Shown one piece after another: positions 1 through 11,110 of a stretch of 64,000 nt of DNA. Below the pieces are notes generated by a model. It ran no database searches. It was not told where the DNA came from and was given only the letters and a program-made list of their open reading frames with translations. Within the stretch, counting starts at the first letter, position 1. Each line of letters begins with the position of its first letter. A program made the translations under genes and the position numbers. Source of the stretch: Phaeosaccion multiseriatum (lineage: Eukaryota > Protista > Ochrophyta, other classes); NCBI GenBank assembly GCA_965112735.1, contig OZ218950.1, positions 6,262,001-6,326,000 on the forward strand. The letters are read 5' to 3'.

Positions 1-142
1 CTGAAACTGAATCAGACTGAAACCGACAGCACAAACGCTTAACAATCAATCCATCAATCAATACAATATAATACCGCGCGCACCCACGCACCCACCCCGA
101 ATGTGCTACCTGGAACGAATCTGGAACTCTTACCGCTCACCC

Positions 143-208
143 ACTCACTCACTCACTCACTCACTCACTCACTCACTCACTCACTCACTCACTCACTCAC
201 TCACTCAC
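143..208. repeat. (CACT)n microsatellite in MetRS intron
   Basis: Perfect tetranucleotide run seen directly. Confidence 0.95.
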
Positions 209-687
209 CCGAATGTGTGTGTTGAGCCACTCCCTGTAACTGGCCATTTTGAAGAAGTAGCTCGCTTCACTGACTTTCTGCAGCGGGGCTCCGTACGTGT
301 CCTTATAGTCCGAGTTCTTGGCATCCAGGTCCGTCACGAAGGTCTCCTCACGCTCGCTGGAGGGAGGGTGGGAGGAGGGGCAGCAGTTGGTGATACACCA
401 GGGAGGGGGGTGGGTGGGGTGGAAGTGGATGGTAGTGGATGGTTGTGGGTGGCAGATCAGTGGATCAGGAGGGCGGTGTAGATGGTCTCTTGTGTGGAGA
501 AGGGCGATGGTACGATATGGAGAGGGTCAGACCACAACACACAGAGGGTACACACACAAACACTCAAGGCACACACGGACACACGCACACACACACACAC
601 ACACGCACATACGCACACACACACGCACATACACAGACACACACACACACACACACACACGGACACACGCACACACACACACACACA

Positions 688-734
<47 letters not shown>

Positions 735-3343
735 GCAAATACGCACACAAACACCCCAATACAGCCCCCCAAACACACACCCAACCCCCCCGCACACACA
801 CTCAACACACACGCCACACCACACGCGCACACACACATACACACACACCAATACCCCCCCCCCCCCCCCACACACACACACACATAAACAACACACACAC
901 CCATACAAAGACACATCCATAGCACTCACTTGTACCAGCCGGTGTAGTTACCAAGATAGATGTCCCCCTTCTCTGCGCACATGTTCCACAGCCGCTGGGC
1001 CGTCTCATAGTGCTCAGGGAGGGTGGTGCGGATGTACGCGTCGTTGCTGATGAGCATGCGCTTGTTTAGCGATTGGAATTCGGCTGCGTACTTGTCACAG
1101 ATGTCGATGGGCTGTGTGTATGGGGGGTTGGGGAGGAATGGCGTCAGTGTGGGGTACAGAGCAGAGCGTTGCACCGTAGAGGAGAAGAGAGGAGAAAGAG
1201 GGTAGAGGCATATGGTCCGAAAAGAACAGATGAGAGGCGTGAAGGGGGCAGGGTACCGTGCACTCCTGCCCTCCCTCTCCACCATCGAACCACACCAGAT
1301 CCAAGCCGACCTAGTCGACCCAAGCCAAGCCAAGCCAGACCACGCCAGACCAAGCCAGACCAAGCCAGACCAAGCCAGACCAAGCCAGACCAAGCCAGAC
1401 CAAGCCAGACCAAGCCAGACCACGCCAGACCAAGCCAGACCAAGCCAGACCAAGCCAGACCAAGCCAGACCAAGCCAGACCAAGCCAGACCAAGCCAGAC
1501 CAAGCCAGACCAAGCCAGACCAAGCCAGACCAAGCCAGACCAAGCCAGACCAAGCCAGACCAAGCCAGACCAAGCCAGACCAAGAGAGCCCAGACAAGAC
1601 CAGTGAGTCCAACGAAGCCAAAGCCACACCACACCAGACCAGACTACACCACGCCACACCACACCAGACCAGACTACACCACGCCACACCACACCAGACC
1701 AGACTACACCACGCCACACCACACCAGACCAGACTACACCACACCACACCACACCAGACCAGACTACACCACACCACACCACACCAGACCAGACTACACC
1801 ACACCACACCACACCAGATCAGCGAACCTTCACACCCTGCCTGCCGTACCTTGACGCCGAGGCGTTCTGCGGTGTTGGCGATCTTCTGTCCATGCTCGTC
1901 GCTGCCTGTCTGGAAGAAGACGTTCTTGCCGAGCATGCGGTGGTATCTATGCTCGTCATCCACGAGCGTCCCCAGAGAGAGAGGAGCACAAGGGAAAGAG
2001 CCATCCATGCCATGACAGGGAGTAAGGGGGGGTGGCGGAAGTGGGTGGTTGGGTGAGGAAGTGGGGAAGTGGGTAAGGGATGTGAGTGAGTGAGTGAGTG
2101 AATGGGTGGGTGGGGGTGGGGGTGGGGGTGGGGGTTACGCCTCCTGTATGCCTCCATACGCCTCCGTATGTCTCTCCTTTGTGTCTCCTATACACCTCCC
2201 TCGGTAGGCGGTTTCCCCTACCTGCTGATGACGTCACTCGTAATGGCCTCGTAGGCGTGCCCAATGTGGGGGGAGCCGTTGGTGTAGTTAATGGCCGTAG
2301 TCAGGAAGAACTTCCCGCGCCCTTTGGGCATACTACTGCCCCCCCCCCCCCCTCCTCCCCCTACTTTGCCCAAGGCCTCTTCCTGCTGGGCCGTAAGAGG
2401 GAGGTCTGTGCTGCCCACGAGGGAGGCACTGTCGACCACAGAGCTGGAGCTGAACTCTGCCTCGATCACCACGGACTTGCCAACGATCTTCTTACGCTCC
2501 TTCGTCTGAACAAGCAGATGCAGGCCGGCAGGCAGGTTGGCAGGCAGACAGACAGGCAAGAGACGACAGGCAAGCAGGCCGGTAGACGACAGGCAGGCAA
2601 GGAGGCAGACAGGGCAGGGCAGGCAGTTTAGGCGCGGGAAGGGAAGGCTAGATGGGAGGGCGGGAGGGCGAGAGAGGGAGGGGGACACAGAGGAGGGATG
2701 GGGGAGAGGAGAAATGGGAGGAGGGGGAATGGGAGCGAGCGAGGGAGAGGAGAGAGGGAGGGAGGGAGTGGAGCTGCAGAGTGGATGAAGGATGGAGATA
2801 AGAGAACTACTCTTGCAGTACCACGCAAAATATCTACTTGTCCTTCAGGCCGTGCCTTCCTCACGGCAGGCTCGCCGGCGACCCCTCACCATCTGCGCCT
2901 TCCTCAGCCGTGATGCAGCCGCCTTTGCCTCTTTCTCAGCCACCTTGGCCTTCTTCCGTGCTTCCTTATCTTCTTTGGAGGGTGCGTCTGCCCCTGCAGA
3001 GGAGGAGGAGGAGGAGATGGAGGAGATGGAGGAGGAGGAGGAGGAAGAGGAGGCAGCGCTGCTCGTGTTGCGAAGGTATAGCAGCTGCAGGGCCGCGCTG
3101 AGTTCATCCGCTGCCAGCGCTTGCTGAACATGACGCGAGTGTGGGGAGCAGGAAAGGGGACAGGAGCACAGTATAAGCGCGAGGCGCCCATTAGGCATAG
3201 AGCAACAGCAGGAGTCGAATCCGCAATCGAAGGCGACAGGCAAGAGAGGGCCGAGAAGAGACAGCAGCAGCCGTCAAAATCCTCGGCAAGTGCATGTGTT
3301 GGCCAGCGTCCTTTTCACTCACTGTGCCGAAGTCCCGCGCCAT
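209..3343 (-). CDS. MARS: Methionyl-tRNA synthetase (class I, MetRS1-type), 5' part; gene continues beyond the left edge
   Basis: Exons 3343-3323, 3123-2891, 2505-2222, 1946-1850, 1111-930, 356-209 with GT-AG sites in frame. Motifs FLTTAINYTNGSPHIGHAY (HIGH), TGSDEHGQKI, YIRTT, GDIYLGNYTGWY, SYFFKM. Confidence 0.93.
550..900. repeat. (CA)n-rich microsatellite in MetRS intron
   Basis: Seen directly; produces the spurious HT/VC ORFs. Confidence 0.95.
1319..1820. repeat. Intronic minisatellites: (CAAGCCAGAC)n 10-mer followed by a 30-bp unit (CACACCACACCAGACCAGACTACACCACGC)
   Basis: Tandem units seen directly inside MetRS intron 1849-1112. Confidence 0.95.
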
Positions 3344-3503
3344 GACTCTCTCCGTTTGGAGTTTTTGTTCCCCTCTGGCGTTCTGGCGCCTTGGGCGCCG
3401 CCGGCTCGGGTGGAGGCAGTTTCCGTTTCAGCTCGCTCGTCCCCCACATCCTCCTTGAAGTGTGTGTGTGTCTATCGTCTATTTGTTGAGAGAGAAGAAA
3501 GCC

Positions 3504-4085
3504 ATGGAGGCGATGCATGAAGAAGAAGGAGAGGAAGGAGGATCTGGTGGAGGTGGAGAAGAAGGAGGAGGGGGAGCTGGAGTCGTAGCGGCTGGTGCTG
3601 CCACTTTAGTTGCTTTGCCTCAAAAGGAGGAGGGGCTGGACCGCATGGACTCGTGGGGCTGCGACGACTTTGGAGTGCAAGATCTGCATGCGGCGACGAA
3701 ATCCCCTTCTCCAGCAGAAGATGCGGATGACTGGAGCGCAGATGCAATGGGAGAACTGGCGATTCAGGAGGAGGAGCATGAGGAATTTGCCTCTGCCTCT
3801 CCCAAGCGGCAGGGGATGGAGGGATGGGTCGGGGAAGGGGGGTTCGTGCTACCAAGGGCGGGGGTTGTATCACCGGACGAGGAGAGCGATACTGCGGAGG
3901 CGCAGGGCCATGACGAGGAGGGAGGATGGGTGGGGAATGGGGGGTATTCAGACAGAAACACCCCTCGGGGGGACAGGGAGGACGGGGAGGACGGTGCGGT
4001 TACCGTCAAGTGCTACCAGGAGGATGTCTTTCCAGACGCAGCTCAGGTAGCGGGGCTCGAGGCAACGGCACCACCAAGCTCATGA
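3504..4085 (+). CDS. Hypothetical acidic, probably disordered protein
   Basis: Single ORF from gccATGg, head-to-head with MetRS (about 160 bp apart); no recognisable domain. Confidence 0.4.
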   Translation: MEAMHEEEGEEGGSGGGGEEGGGGAGVVAAGAATLVALPQKEEGLDRMDSWGCDDFGVQDLHAATKSPSPAEDADDWSADAMGELAIQEEEHEEFASASPKRQGMEGWVGEGGFVLPRAGVVSPDEESDTAEAQGHDEEGGWVGNGGYSDRNTPRGDREDGEDGAVTVKCYQEDVFPDAAQVAGLEATAPPSS

Positions 4086-4363
4086 GGCAAGGAGTCGGGT
4101 CGAGAGTCGGGTGATGAGCCTGGATAGCCACAGGCAGAGTGTAAGTAAGTGAGTGGAGAAAAGTGTCAACCATTGTGTAAGTGCATTTCCAGAGACTTCT
4201 GTGCTGTTATTGTATCGATCGGCACAGAGCAGCGTTTCTACAACCTACAAGTAATAACATGTAAGGAAAGAAGAAGAGGATTTGAGGTTCTTAGGCATCC
4301 CCAAAGCCAAGACCCCTCGCCTATGCACAACCACACCCACAACACACCCCCTCCTTTCTGCTT

Positions 4364-4461
4364 GACCTCGCTCACAAAGCTGTTCGGGCCCCCCTTCCCG
4401 CCACTGAATCTCGTCAGCGGGAAGGTTGGAAGGAACGCCGTCATTCGCTCTGGCAAAGGTC
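4364..4461 (-). promoter_or_regulatory. Eukaryotic SECIS element (type II-like) in the selenoprotein 3' UTR
   Basis: Helix I GACCUUUGC-CAGAGC / GCUUUG-GCGAGGUC; core AUGAC...CGAA; helix II GGCGUUCCUUCC/GGAAGGGGGGCC (11 of 12 paired); unpaired AA; apical mini-stem CCGCUGA/UCAGUGG. Lies about 200 nt downstream of the stop codon. Confidence 0.85.
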
Positions 4462-4657
4462 GCGAGACTGATGGAGCATGTGGTGACGTGTCAGCCCAGT
4501 CCACACCTCATACTAGGAAAGCGCAAGGAAAGAGGAGAGAGAAGGCGCCTTTCATTCCTGCCTGCCCCCCCCCCACCCCCCCTCCGCCCAGCCTTCCCTC
4601 GTCCTCAGGTGTGGATGGATGATCTCTGCCTCTGTCGTCGTCAACGTCGGCTCTGAT

Positions 4658-5238
4658 CTACTTGAGGGCCTCCAGTGCCGCCTTGATGGCCTCGATGGAG
4701 CGAGAACGTGCCCTGCCGTACTTTTGAAAGAGATCACGCTGGCTGCCTGACCACACCAGACTCTCGATGCCATCCGTCGTGTTGTACACAAATACTCTGA
4801 TCGGGTATTTATCTACGCGGTTTTCCTCGATGGAAGCGGAAGGGAAAACCTGCAGGGGCCGAACCATTACGGGAAGGGGGGGGGGGCAGGGGGACGCTCT
4901 GTTGGCACATATTGGACAATCGAAATATCCTCGTATGTCGCCTAATTGCTCACTTTCTGCACAGCCGATTTAGCAGTGGCATACTCCTGCTTGCCCCCGT
5001 CTGAGCGCACAATTGGGGGTGAGGGAATCGATAACAAGCGGGGGGGGGTGTTGTGGCGGCTGTAAGATGATGGGGTAGGGGCAGAAGAGATGGAAGGGGG
5101 CCCGACCTCACCTCAGTTCCGTGAGTAAGTGATTCTGAAGCTCATATGTTCCCCGCCCCCGGACATCGCTGCCGCTGCTCCTGATGCCTCAGGCTCTGCT
5201 TCTTCTGGTTTCTTCTTCTTGAAAAAAGAATACACCAT
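4658..5238 (-). CDS. Small selenoprotein, probable Rdx/SelW-like thioredoxin fold, SxxU motif (Sec TGA at 5115-5113)
   Basis: Exons 5238-5112, 5000-4954, 4849-4658 splice in frame only through the TGA: ...MSFRITYSRNUDGGKQEYATAKSAVQKVFPSASIEENRVDKYPIRVFVY...VWSGSQRDLFQKY (121 aa). A SECIS lies downstream. Confidence 0.85.
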
Positions 5239-5479
5239 CGTCGCCGCCGTTCTCTTTAATTGTTCCAGTCGATTTTTCGCTGGATTGACATTGCCGACGT
5301 GATTAGATGGCACTCGACGGCGATGTTTGCCCCCCCCCCCGACCTGATCCCGACCTCAGCAAAGCGATTAAACGACTGGCTGAGCCGAGTAGAAGTGTGC
5401 TTCCTTCAGTGCGTCTGGTCGTTGTTGTAAGCGTGGGGGTGGGACACCGCAGAGGGACTCCAATCATCCTGACAATCGG

Positions 5480-7668
5480 ATGTTCCCACCACGGCTACGC
5501 GCAGCCCCTGCCACAGCAAGGCAGCTCCAGTCAGCCTTGGACAGCGAGGCGCATCGGTGTTGCCAACCTCGTCCGCAGCAGCAGCCTTCAGTGGGAAGGA
5601 ACGGTGGAAGGAGGGGCTGCGCTGGAAGGGCTGCTTTCCGCAAGGCTCCCAGGTCCTGCCTCTTGGCCCTCTGCTTCGTCATTGGGATGCTGGGCTCCTC
5701 AGTTCGACTTTGCTCGTGCTTCCTGCTTGGCCAGGGAGTGTCAAGGCGACCTCAAGGTGCGCATCGAGTAGCGGCAGCCGCGGCAGGCATCTTCACGGAC
5801 AGAGTAAGTGGTGGTAGTAGCAGCAGCAGTAGGAGCAGGGACGGCGTGGCATGCACGAGAGGAGTGAAGCGCCAACGAAGGTGAGTGAGTCTCTCTGTCT
5901 CTGTCAGCAGCAGAAAGTAGTGAATACCAAGTGAATGTGGTGGGATCGGGTTGTAGAGCGAACGAGTCAACGCAGGCGAGGGGCTTGGGACGTGTGCTTC
6001 CCCTCCCCGTGGCGCCTTTTTGTATCCCCCCCCCTTGACACGCCTGCTTCACTCCGGGAATAGACCCCTCACTCACGACTTTTGTGTCGGCGTGCCCTTT
6101 ACGCAGGCTGCTGGCGACACCAGCTGGAGACGCCCCATCGGATGGCAGAGCACCGAAACCGTCGCTGTCATCGGTCGCAGCAGCAGCAGCAGCAGCACTA
6201 CCACCTGTGGAAGAGGACGCACCAGGCTCAGGCAAGAAGGGTAGGGCCGCCGCCGCAAAGCCCAGCCTCGACGTGCCCAAGCCACCTGCTCCCAAGCTCA
6301 CGGCCAAGCAAAAGCAGGCCATCCGAAGAGGGGAGAAGCTCGGCGGAAAGTCGGCCGGGGGGGCAGCAGCGGTGCCTGCGGACAGGTGCGTGCGGGCGTG
6401 TGTTGGTTGCGTCTCTGGACAAACGTCTAAATGTACTTCCCTTGAAAGGGAAAGATGCACAGATGTATGAACTATAGATGCCCAGTGGTGGCAGCGATTC
6501 AAACCAACCAGTCAAGTAATCCATCAATAACACACACACACACATAACAACCCCCTCCCCGTCCATCCATCGCATCCATCCATCCACTGCCATCCATCCC
6601 ATCCATCCATCCATCTATCCGTCCCCTCCATCCATCCATCCATCCATCTACTGCCATCCATCCCATCCATCCATCCCATCTATCCATCCATCTGCACCCA
6701 GGCGAAACCTCCTCATCGTCGGGCTGGGCAACCCCGGCGATAAATACGCAGACACTCGACACAACATCGGATTCATGGTGGCCGAGGAACTGGCAAGGAG
6801 GAACGGCGCTAATCTCAAGCACAAGACCGCCTTCCATGGAGAGTACGCGTCTTGCAGGATCGGCGGCAAGAGCGTGGGCATATTGAGGCCCAGCACATTC
6901 ATGAACTTGAGTGGGCAGTCGGCGAGGCAGGTAGGTAGGGTGGTGTGGGTTAGGGTGGGGGAGGGTGGGGCAGGGTGGGATGGGGTGGTGTCGTGTGGTG
7001 TGGCGTATCGTGGGGGGAGGGAGGGATGTTGTATGGTTGCTGTGTGCGCGTGTGTACCGCAGTGAAGGATGTGCTCTCTCTCTCTCTCTCTCTCTCTCTC
7101 GACGGGTAGGGTCGCGCGGGGGCGGTTTAACCGTGCCATCGGGAGGACATTTACTTCCCCTCGCCCTGAGCCGCCCCCCACCTACACTGCTCCCCCACCC
7201 ATTCTCTCCCTCTCCCCCCCCCCTTCTGTATGCAAACCCACCCCACCCCACCCATTCTCTCTCCCTGTGCAACCCCCCCCCCCCCCCCCCATCGCCATCC
7301 ACTGCCACCTGAAGGTGATGGACTTTTTCAAAATGGTGCCCGGAAACGTGCTTGTCCTCGTGGACGAGTCCAAGCTCGAGTTTGGACAACTCCGGCTCAG
7401 GGGCAAGGGCAGCGCGGGAGGGCACAATGGCCTAAAGAGCATGCAGAGTTTCGTCAAGACGCCGGAGTACCCTCGTCTGCGCATCGGCATTGGAGAGCCG
7501 CGGAGAGACTTGTCGGACCATGTGCTAGGCGTGTTCAACAAACAGGAGAAGAAGGAGCTGCCATTTGTGATTGCTGAGGCGGTGGAGGCAGCGGAGGCGT
7601 GGTGCGCGGAGGACAACTTGGAGAAGGTCATGACGAGATACAATGGCAGTAAGGGCATTCTCTTGTGA
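5480..7668 (+). CDS. PTH1: Peptidyl-tRNA hydrolase (Pth1 family), long N-terminal organelle-targeting extension
   Basis: Exons 5480-5880, 6107-6385, 6702-6930, 7315-7668. Motifs LIVGLGNPG, TRHNIGF, TFMNLSG, SAGGHNGLKS, RLRIGIG. Confidence 0.93.
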
Positions 7669-7881
7669 CCAGGGGACAAAGGGACGACAGATGGACACTC
7701 TTCCTCCCCTCGACTCCCCACTTAATTTATGGGTACTTGTTGCCGCACGAACGGGGTGGTGGGTGGGGGCGAGTGAGCGGGTCACTATGACAGGAGCAAC
7801 GAAGAAGGGTGGATTGGTTTTCCATCGGGGGGCCTGCAACGTGTGGGAAAGAAGGGGCGAAGGGCGGCGAGGGTCGGGGGA

Positions 7882-8103
7882 TCGGCCCTGGAAGAGGTTA
7901 CAGTATTCGCCGACCATAATCAGTAATCAGGCCGGCTGGCGCCAATAATCAGTAATCAGGCCGGCTAGCGCCCGTCATAATCAGTAATAAGGCCGGCTGG
8001 CGCCGGTCATAATCAGTAATCAGGCCCGGCTGGCGCCATAATCAGTAATCAGGCCGGCTGCGCCGGCCGTAATCAGTAATCTGATAACCTCTTCCAGGGC
8101 CGA
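7882..8103. mobile_element. MITE family A, copy 1 (222 bp)
   Basis: Perfect 19-bp TIR TCGGCCCTGGAAGAGGTTA; 6-bp TSD GGGGGA on both sides; internal tandem TAATCAGTAATCAGGCCGGCTGGCGCC units. Confidence 0.9.
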
Positions 8104-8133
8104 GGGGGAGGCGGGCAAGGGCGGGGAGGAGGG

Positions 8134-8244
8134 TCGGCCCCTGACATGCTTCTGAGACAGGCCAGCCCAGAAGCAGGAAGCAGGCCGGCTGGCACCGGCC
8201 AGAAGCAGGAAGCAGGGTCGCCTCAGAAGCATGTCAGGGGCCGA
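8134..8244. mobile_element. MITE family B (111 bp), same TCGGCCC termini
   Basis: Perfect 23-bp TIR TCGGCCCCTGACATGCTTCTGAG; flanks GGAGGG/GGAGGA (6-bp TSD with one mismatch); internal GAAGCAG doublets. Confidence 0.85.
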
Positions 8245-8836
8245 GGAGGAAAATGGCTTGGGGTGCCGGCTATTAGAGCCCTATCAAAGAATCCACCCAA
8301 AAAATAAACGGCCAAAATTGAAGTTGAAATTGCCCTCTCCTCCGAACTTTGAGGTTGAAGGGGATGTGTCACCCGTCCCCACCGGGGTTTTAGGCAACTC
8401 GTCAGCGTTGGCCAACCCTTTCTCAGACGGGTTTGCCAATTGTAGAGAGGGGCGGTATCTTTCGAGTTAAAACCCTCTGACTGGTTCAAACGAGATAGCA
8501 AAAGAAGCAGGAGCACGCACAGGTGCCACACCCTTGCCGCGAGCAAGAGCCCGGAGAGGATACGGAAAGACGGGGGCAGAAAAAGGGGGAGGAAAGTGTG
8601 GCACAATGGGATCATAGGGAGGGACAACTCAAAAGGGTGAAAGAGTCAGGCTGACGAGGGACGTTTGACGAGGGAGGAGGGAGGAGCAAGGAGGAGAAGG
8701 GGGAGGAGGAAGAAGAAGAAGGGGGAGGAGGAGGAGTGAGGGGACAGGCAAGAGGGGAGGCGCCACGAGGGGGAGGTGTGAGGTGCTGAGCGAGGTGAAG
8801 CCGCAGCGAACGAACACGGGTACCCAAATTGAAGCG

Positions 8837-11110
8837 ATGACAGAACCCTCCAACAACAAGCCGAGTACCATGCGCCTCGACAACTACGAGATGGAAGTGG
8901 TGGGAGGGCTGGCCAGAAGCTTTGGGGGCGCCTGGTGCACGGCCGCCGCTTCCAAGAGTGGGGCGGCCAGCAACTGGTGCAGCAGCACTGAAAAGATGAG
9001 AAGGGGTACCACCACTGGTGGTGGCCGTGCCGCGTCAGCAAGCAGCAGCAGTAACAGCAACAGCAACAGCAGCAGCAGTGGCGGAGGCGGCCACAACTTC
9101 GGGGGAGGCTTGGCTCCTCTGCTGCAATGCACCGCGTCAGAGTCAGCACCGCCTCCGGCCGCTTCTCCCCGCGTGAGCACGCTGACGCGGCGTCATTTGC
9201 AGCAGCACCAAGCAGCCTCTGCTGCGCAAGCCGACAACCCCTACCCCTACATGCACGGTCACGCCATGGACGCGAATGGCGGCGGAGCCCAGGGCGGCGG
9301 TGGCGGCGGAGAGGAGGACGAGTGCCACAGCGGCGAGGAGGAGGACGACGACGCCGCCGAGGAGGGCGGGGACTTTACCTCCCCCTCCCCATCCGCTGCG
9401 CAGGGGGGTGCCACTGTGGGGGCCAAGAAGCGGAAGCGCCTTCTCAGCCTGGACGAGAGAAAGCAGCGCAGCAGGGAGCGGAATCGCATGCACGCTCGCA
9501 AGACGCGAGAGCGCAAAAAGCAACAGACGCAAGCCCTGCAGAGCCGTATCCTCGAGCTACGGCAGGAGGCGCATCACCTCAGCCAGCTCTTCGCCGAGAG
9601 GGAGACGGCGAGCATCCTCCTGGGCCTGAGCAGCGACGCACCGGCGGAAGAGACGACGGAGGGTGGCGCCAAGACCATCACGAGTCCGAGCACCTTTTGG
9701 AACGGCGGCGGAGAAGCGGGCGGGCAGCAGCAGGAGCAGTCTCTGGCTCTGATGGAAATCGTGCGACAATTCGACTCCCTCGAGGGCAACATTGACGTCA
9801 TCCCCTCCTCCGAGGGGGGCGAGGGCGGCGACGGAGGCGACGGAGGCGGCGAGGGAGGCAAAACAGAGGACGACGAGGACAATGCGACAGATGCCGGTGG
9901 GGCTGGGGGCCGAGGCAGTGGCAGTATCAAGGGTGGTGGGGGCGGTGGCAACGCGCGCAACAAGCACACGCCCGGCGAGCGGCAGCGCATTCGCCGCGAG
10001 CGGAATCGCATGCACGCCAAACGTACACGGGACCGCAAGAAGCTCTTCATCGAGGCCAGCGAGGTGATCATCGACAAGATGCAGACGGAGAACGCGCGCA
10101 TCAAGGCCCGTCTCATGGCCAAGCACAAGCTTTCTGCGGCGGCGTTGTCCCGCATGGCCGCCAGCCGGGCCCAACAGCAGCCGCAACAGTTGGTGGTACG
10201 ACAGGGGGGGCAGGCGGAGCAGCACCAGTACGAGGCTGGCGAGGGCGCCGGCGAGGGCGGAGAGGGGGCTGGCTCTCCCGTATCACCAACCGCTGGGGGA
10301 GGCGGCGTCTCTGGGCAGCGCTTCGAGGTGCTGGAGGACGTGGGTGCGCTCCTCAAGTTTGCCGAGGCGAGCTACTCCTTCTGCATCACAGTCCCCGGTT
10401 CGAGCCCGAAGGCGGCGGGGGCGGGCGGAGCCGCGGTATCACCAAGTGCTGCTGGGCGGAGTCGGACCAAGCGCTCCGCAGCCGCCGTGGCGGTGGTGAA
10501 TGGTCCTCCTCCTCCTCCCCCTCCTCCTCCCCCTCCTCCTCCACCTCCTCCTACTGTTGCTGCTGCTGCTACTTCTTCTGCTCCAACAACAACAACAACG
10601 ACGACGACGACGACGACGAAGGGTGCGACCCTCACATCGCACATCAACTCCACCCCCGGCAGCATCGACGATACCGACACGAGCAGCACCAGCGCCTGCG
10701 ACGAGAGCGACGGCTCTGCTGCTTCCTCTTCGTTGTCTTCATCATCCTCGTCTTCTTCTCTCGCGTCACCAGCTTCAGGGTCAGCGTCATCAGTGTCCTC
10801 CAAGGGTAACGCTAGCACGGGGCCTCTCCGCAAGCGCCGCCGGAGAGAGGCCGACGGTAGCATCACGTCTTCTGCAACGGCCGTGGGCGGGGGCGCCTCC
10901 TCGGACGCCAGCATTGGATGGACGACAGCAGAGTCCAAGGCAGGCAGCAGCAGCTGCGGCAGCAGCAGCGGCGGCAGCAGCGACGACGAAGGCGACTCCG
11001 TGCGGGGGAAAGCGCAGCAGCAACAGGACGACCACCAGCAGCCGGAGTCGGTAATACAGCAGCAGCCGCCAAATAGTGGGGCAGCGCAACAAACGGAGTG
11101 GGAGCGGTAA
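8837..11110 (+). CDS. bZIP transcription factor with two basic/zipper regions, single exon
   Basis: RSRERNRMHARKTRERKKQQTQALQSRILEL and RRERNRMHAKRTRDRKK; N-x7-R basic motif of stramenopile (aureochrome-like) style. Confidence 0.88.
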   Translation: MTEPSNNKPSTMRLDNYEMEVVGGLARSFGGAWCTAAASKSGAASNWCSSTEKMRRGTTTGGGRAASASSSSNSNSNSSSSGGGGHNFGGGLAPLLQCTASESAPPPAASPRVSTLTRRHLQQHQAASAAQADNPYPYMHGHAMDANGGGAQGGGGGGEEDECHSGEEEDDDAAEEGGDFTSPSPSAAQGGATVGAKKRKRLLSLDERKQRSRERNRMHARKTRERKKQQTQALQSRILELRQEAHHLSQLFAERETASILLGLSSDAPAEETTEGGAKTITSPSTFWNGGGEAGGQQQEQSLALMEIVRQFDSLEGNIDVIPSSEGGEGGDGGDGGGEGGKTEDDEDNATDAGGAGGRGSGSIKGGGGGGNARNKHTPGERQRIRRERNRMHAKRTRDRKKLFIEASEVIIDKMQTENARIKARLMAKHKLSAAALSRMAASRAQQQPQQLVVRQGGQAEQHQYEAGEGAGEGGEGAGSPVSPTAGGGGVSGQRFEVLEDVGALLKFAEASYSFCITVPGSSPKAAGAGGAAVSPSAAGRSRTKRSAAAVAVVNGPPPPPPPPPPPPPPPPTVAAAATSSAPTTTTTTTTTTTKGATLTSHINSTPGSIDDTDTSSTSACDESDGSAASSSLSSSSSSSSLASPASGSASSVSSKGNASTGPLRKRRRREADGSITSSATAVGGGASSDASIGWTTAESKAGSSSCGSSSGGSSDDEGDSVRGKAQQQQDDHQQPESVIQQQPPNSGAAQQTEWER

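Noticed and set aside
101-2015. Many ORFs with HT, VC, ARPSQTKPDQ or WSGLV repeats
   Set aside because: Translations of intronic micro- and minisatellites in the MetRS gene.
7916-8085. CRISPR-like look of the TAATCAG repeat array
   Set aside because: No unique spacers, no cas genes, eukaryotic context; the array lies inside TIRs with a TSD, so it is a MITE.
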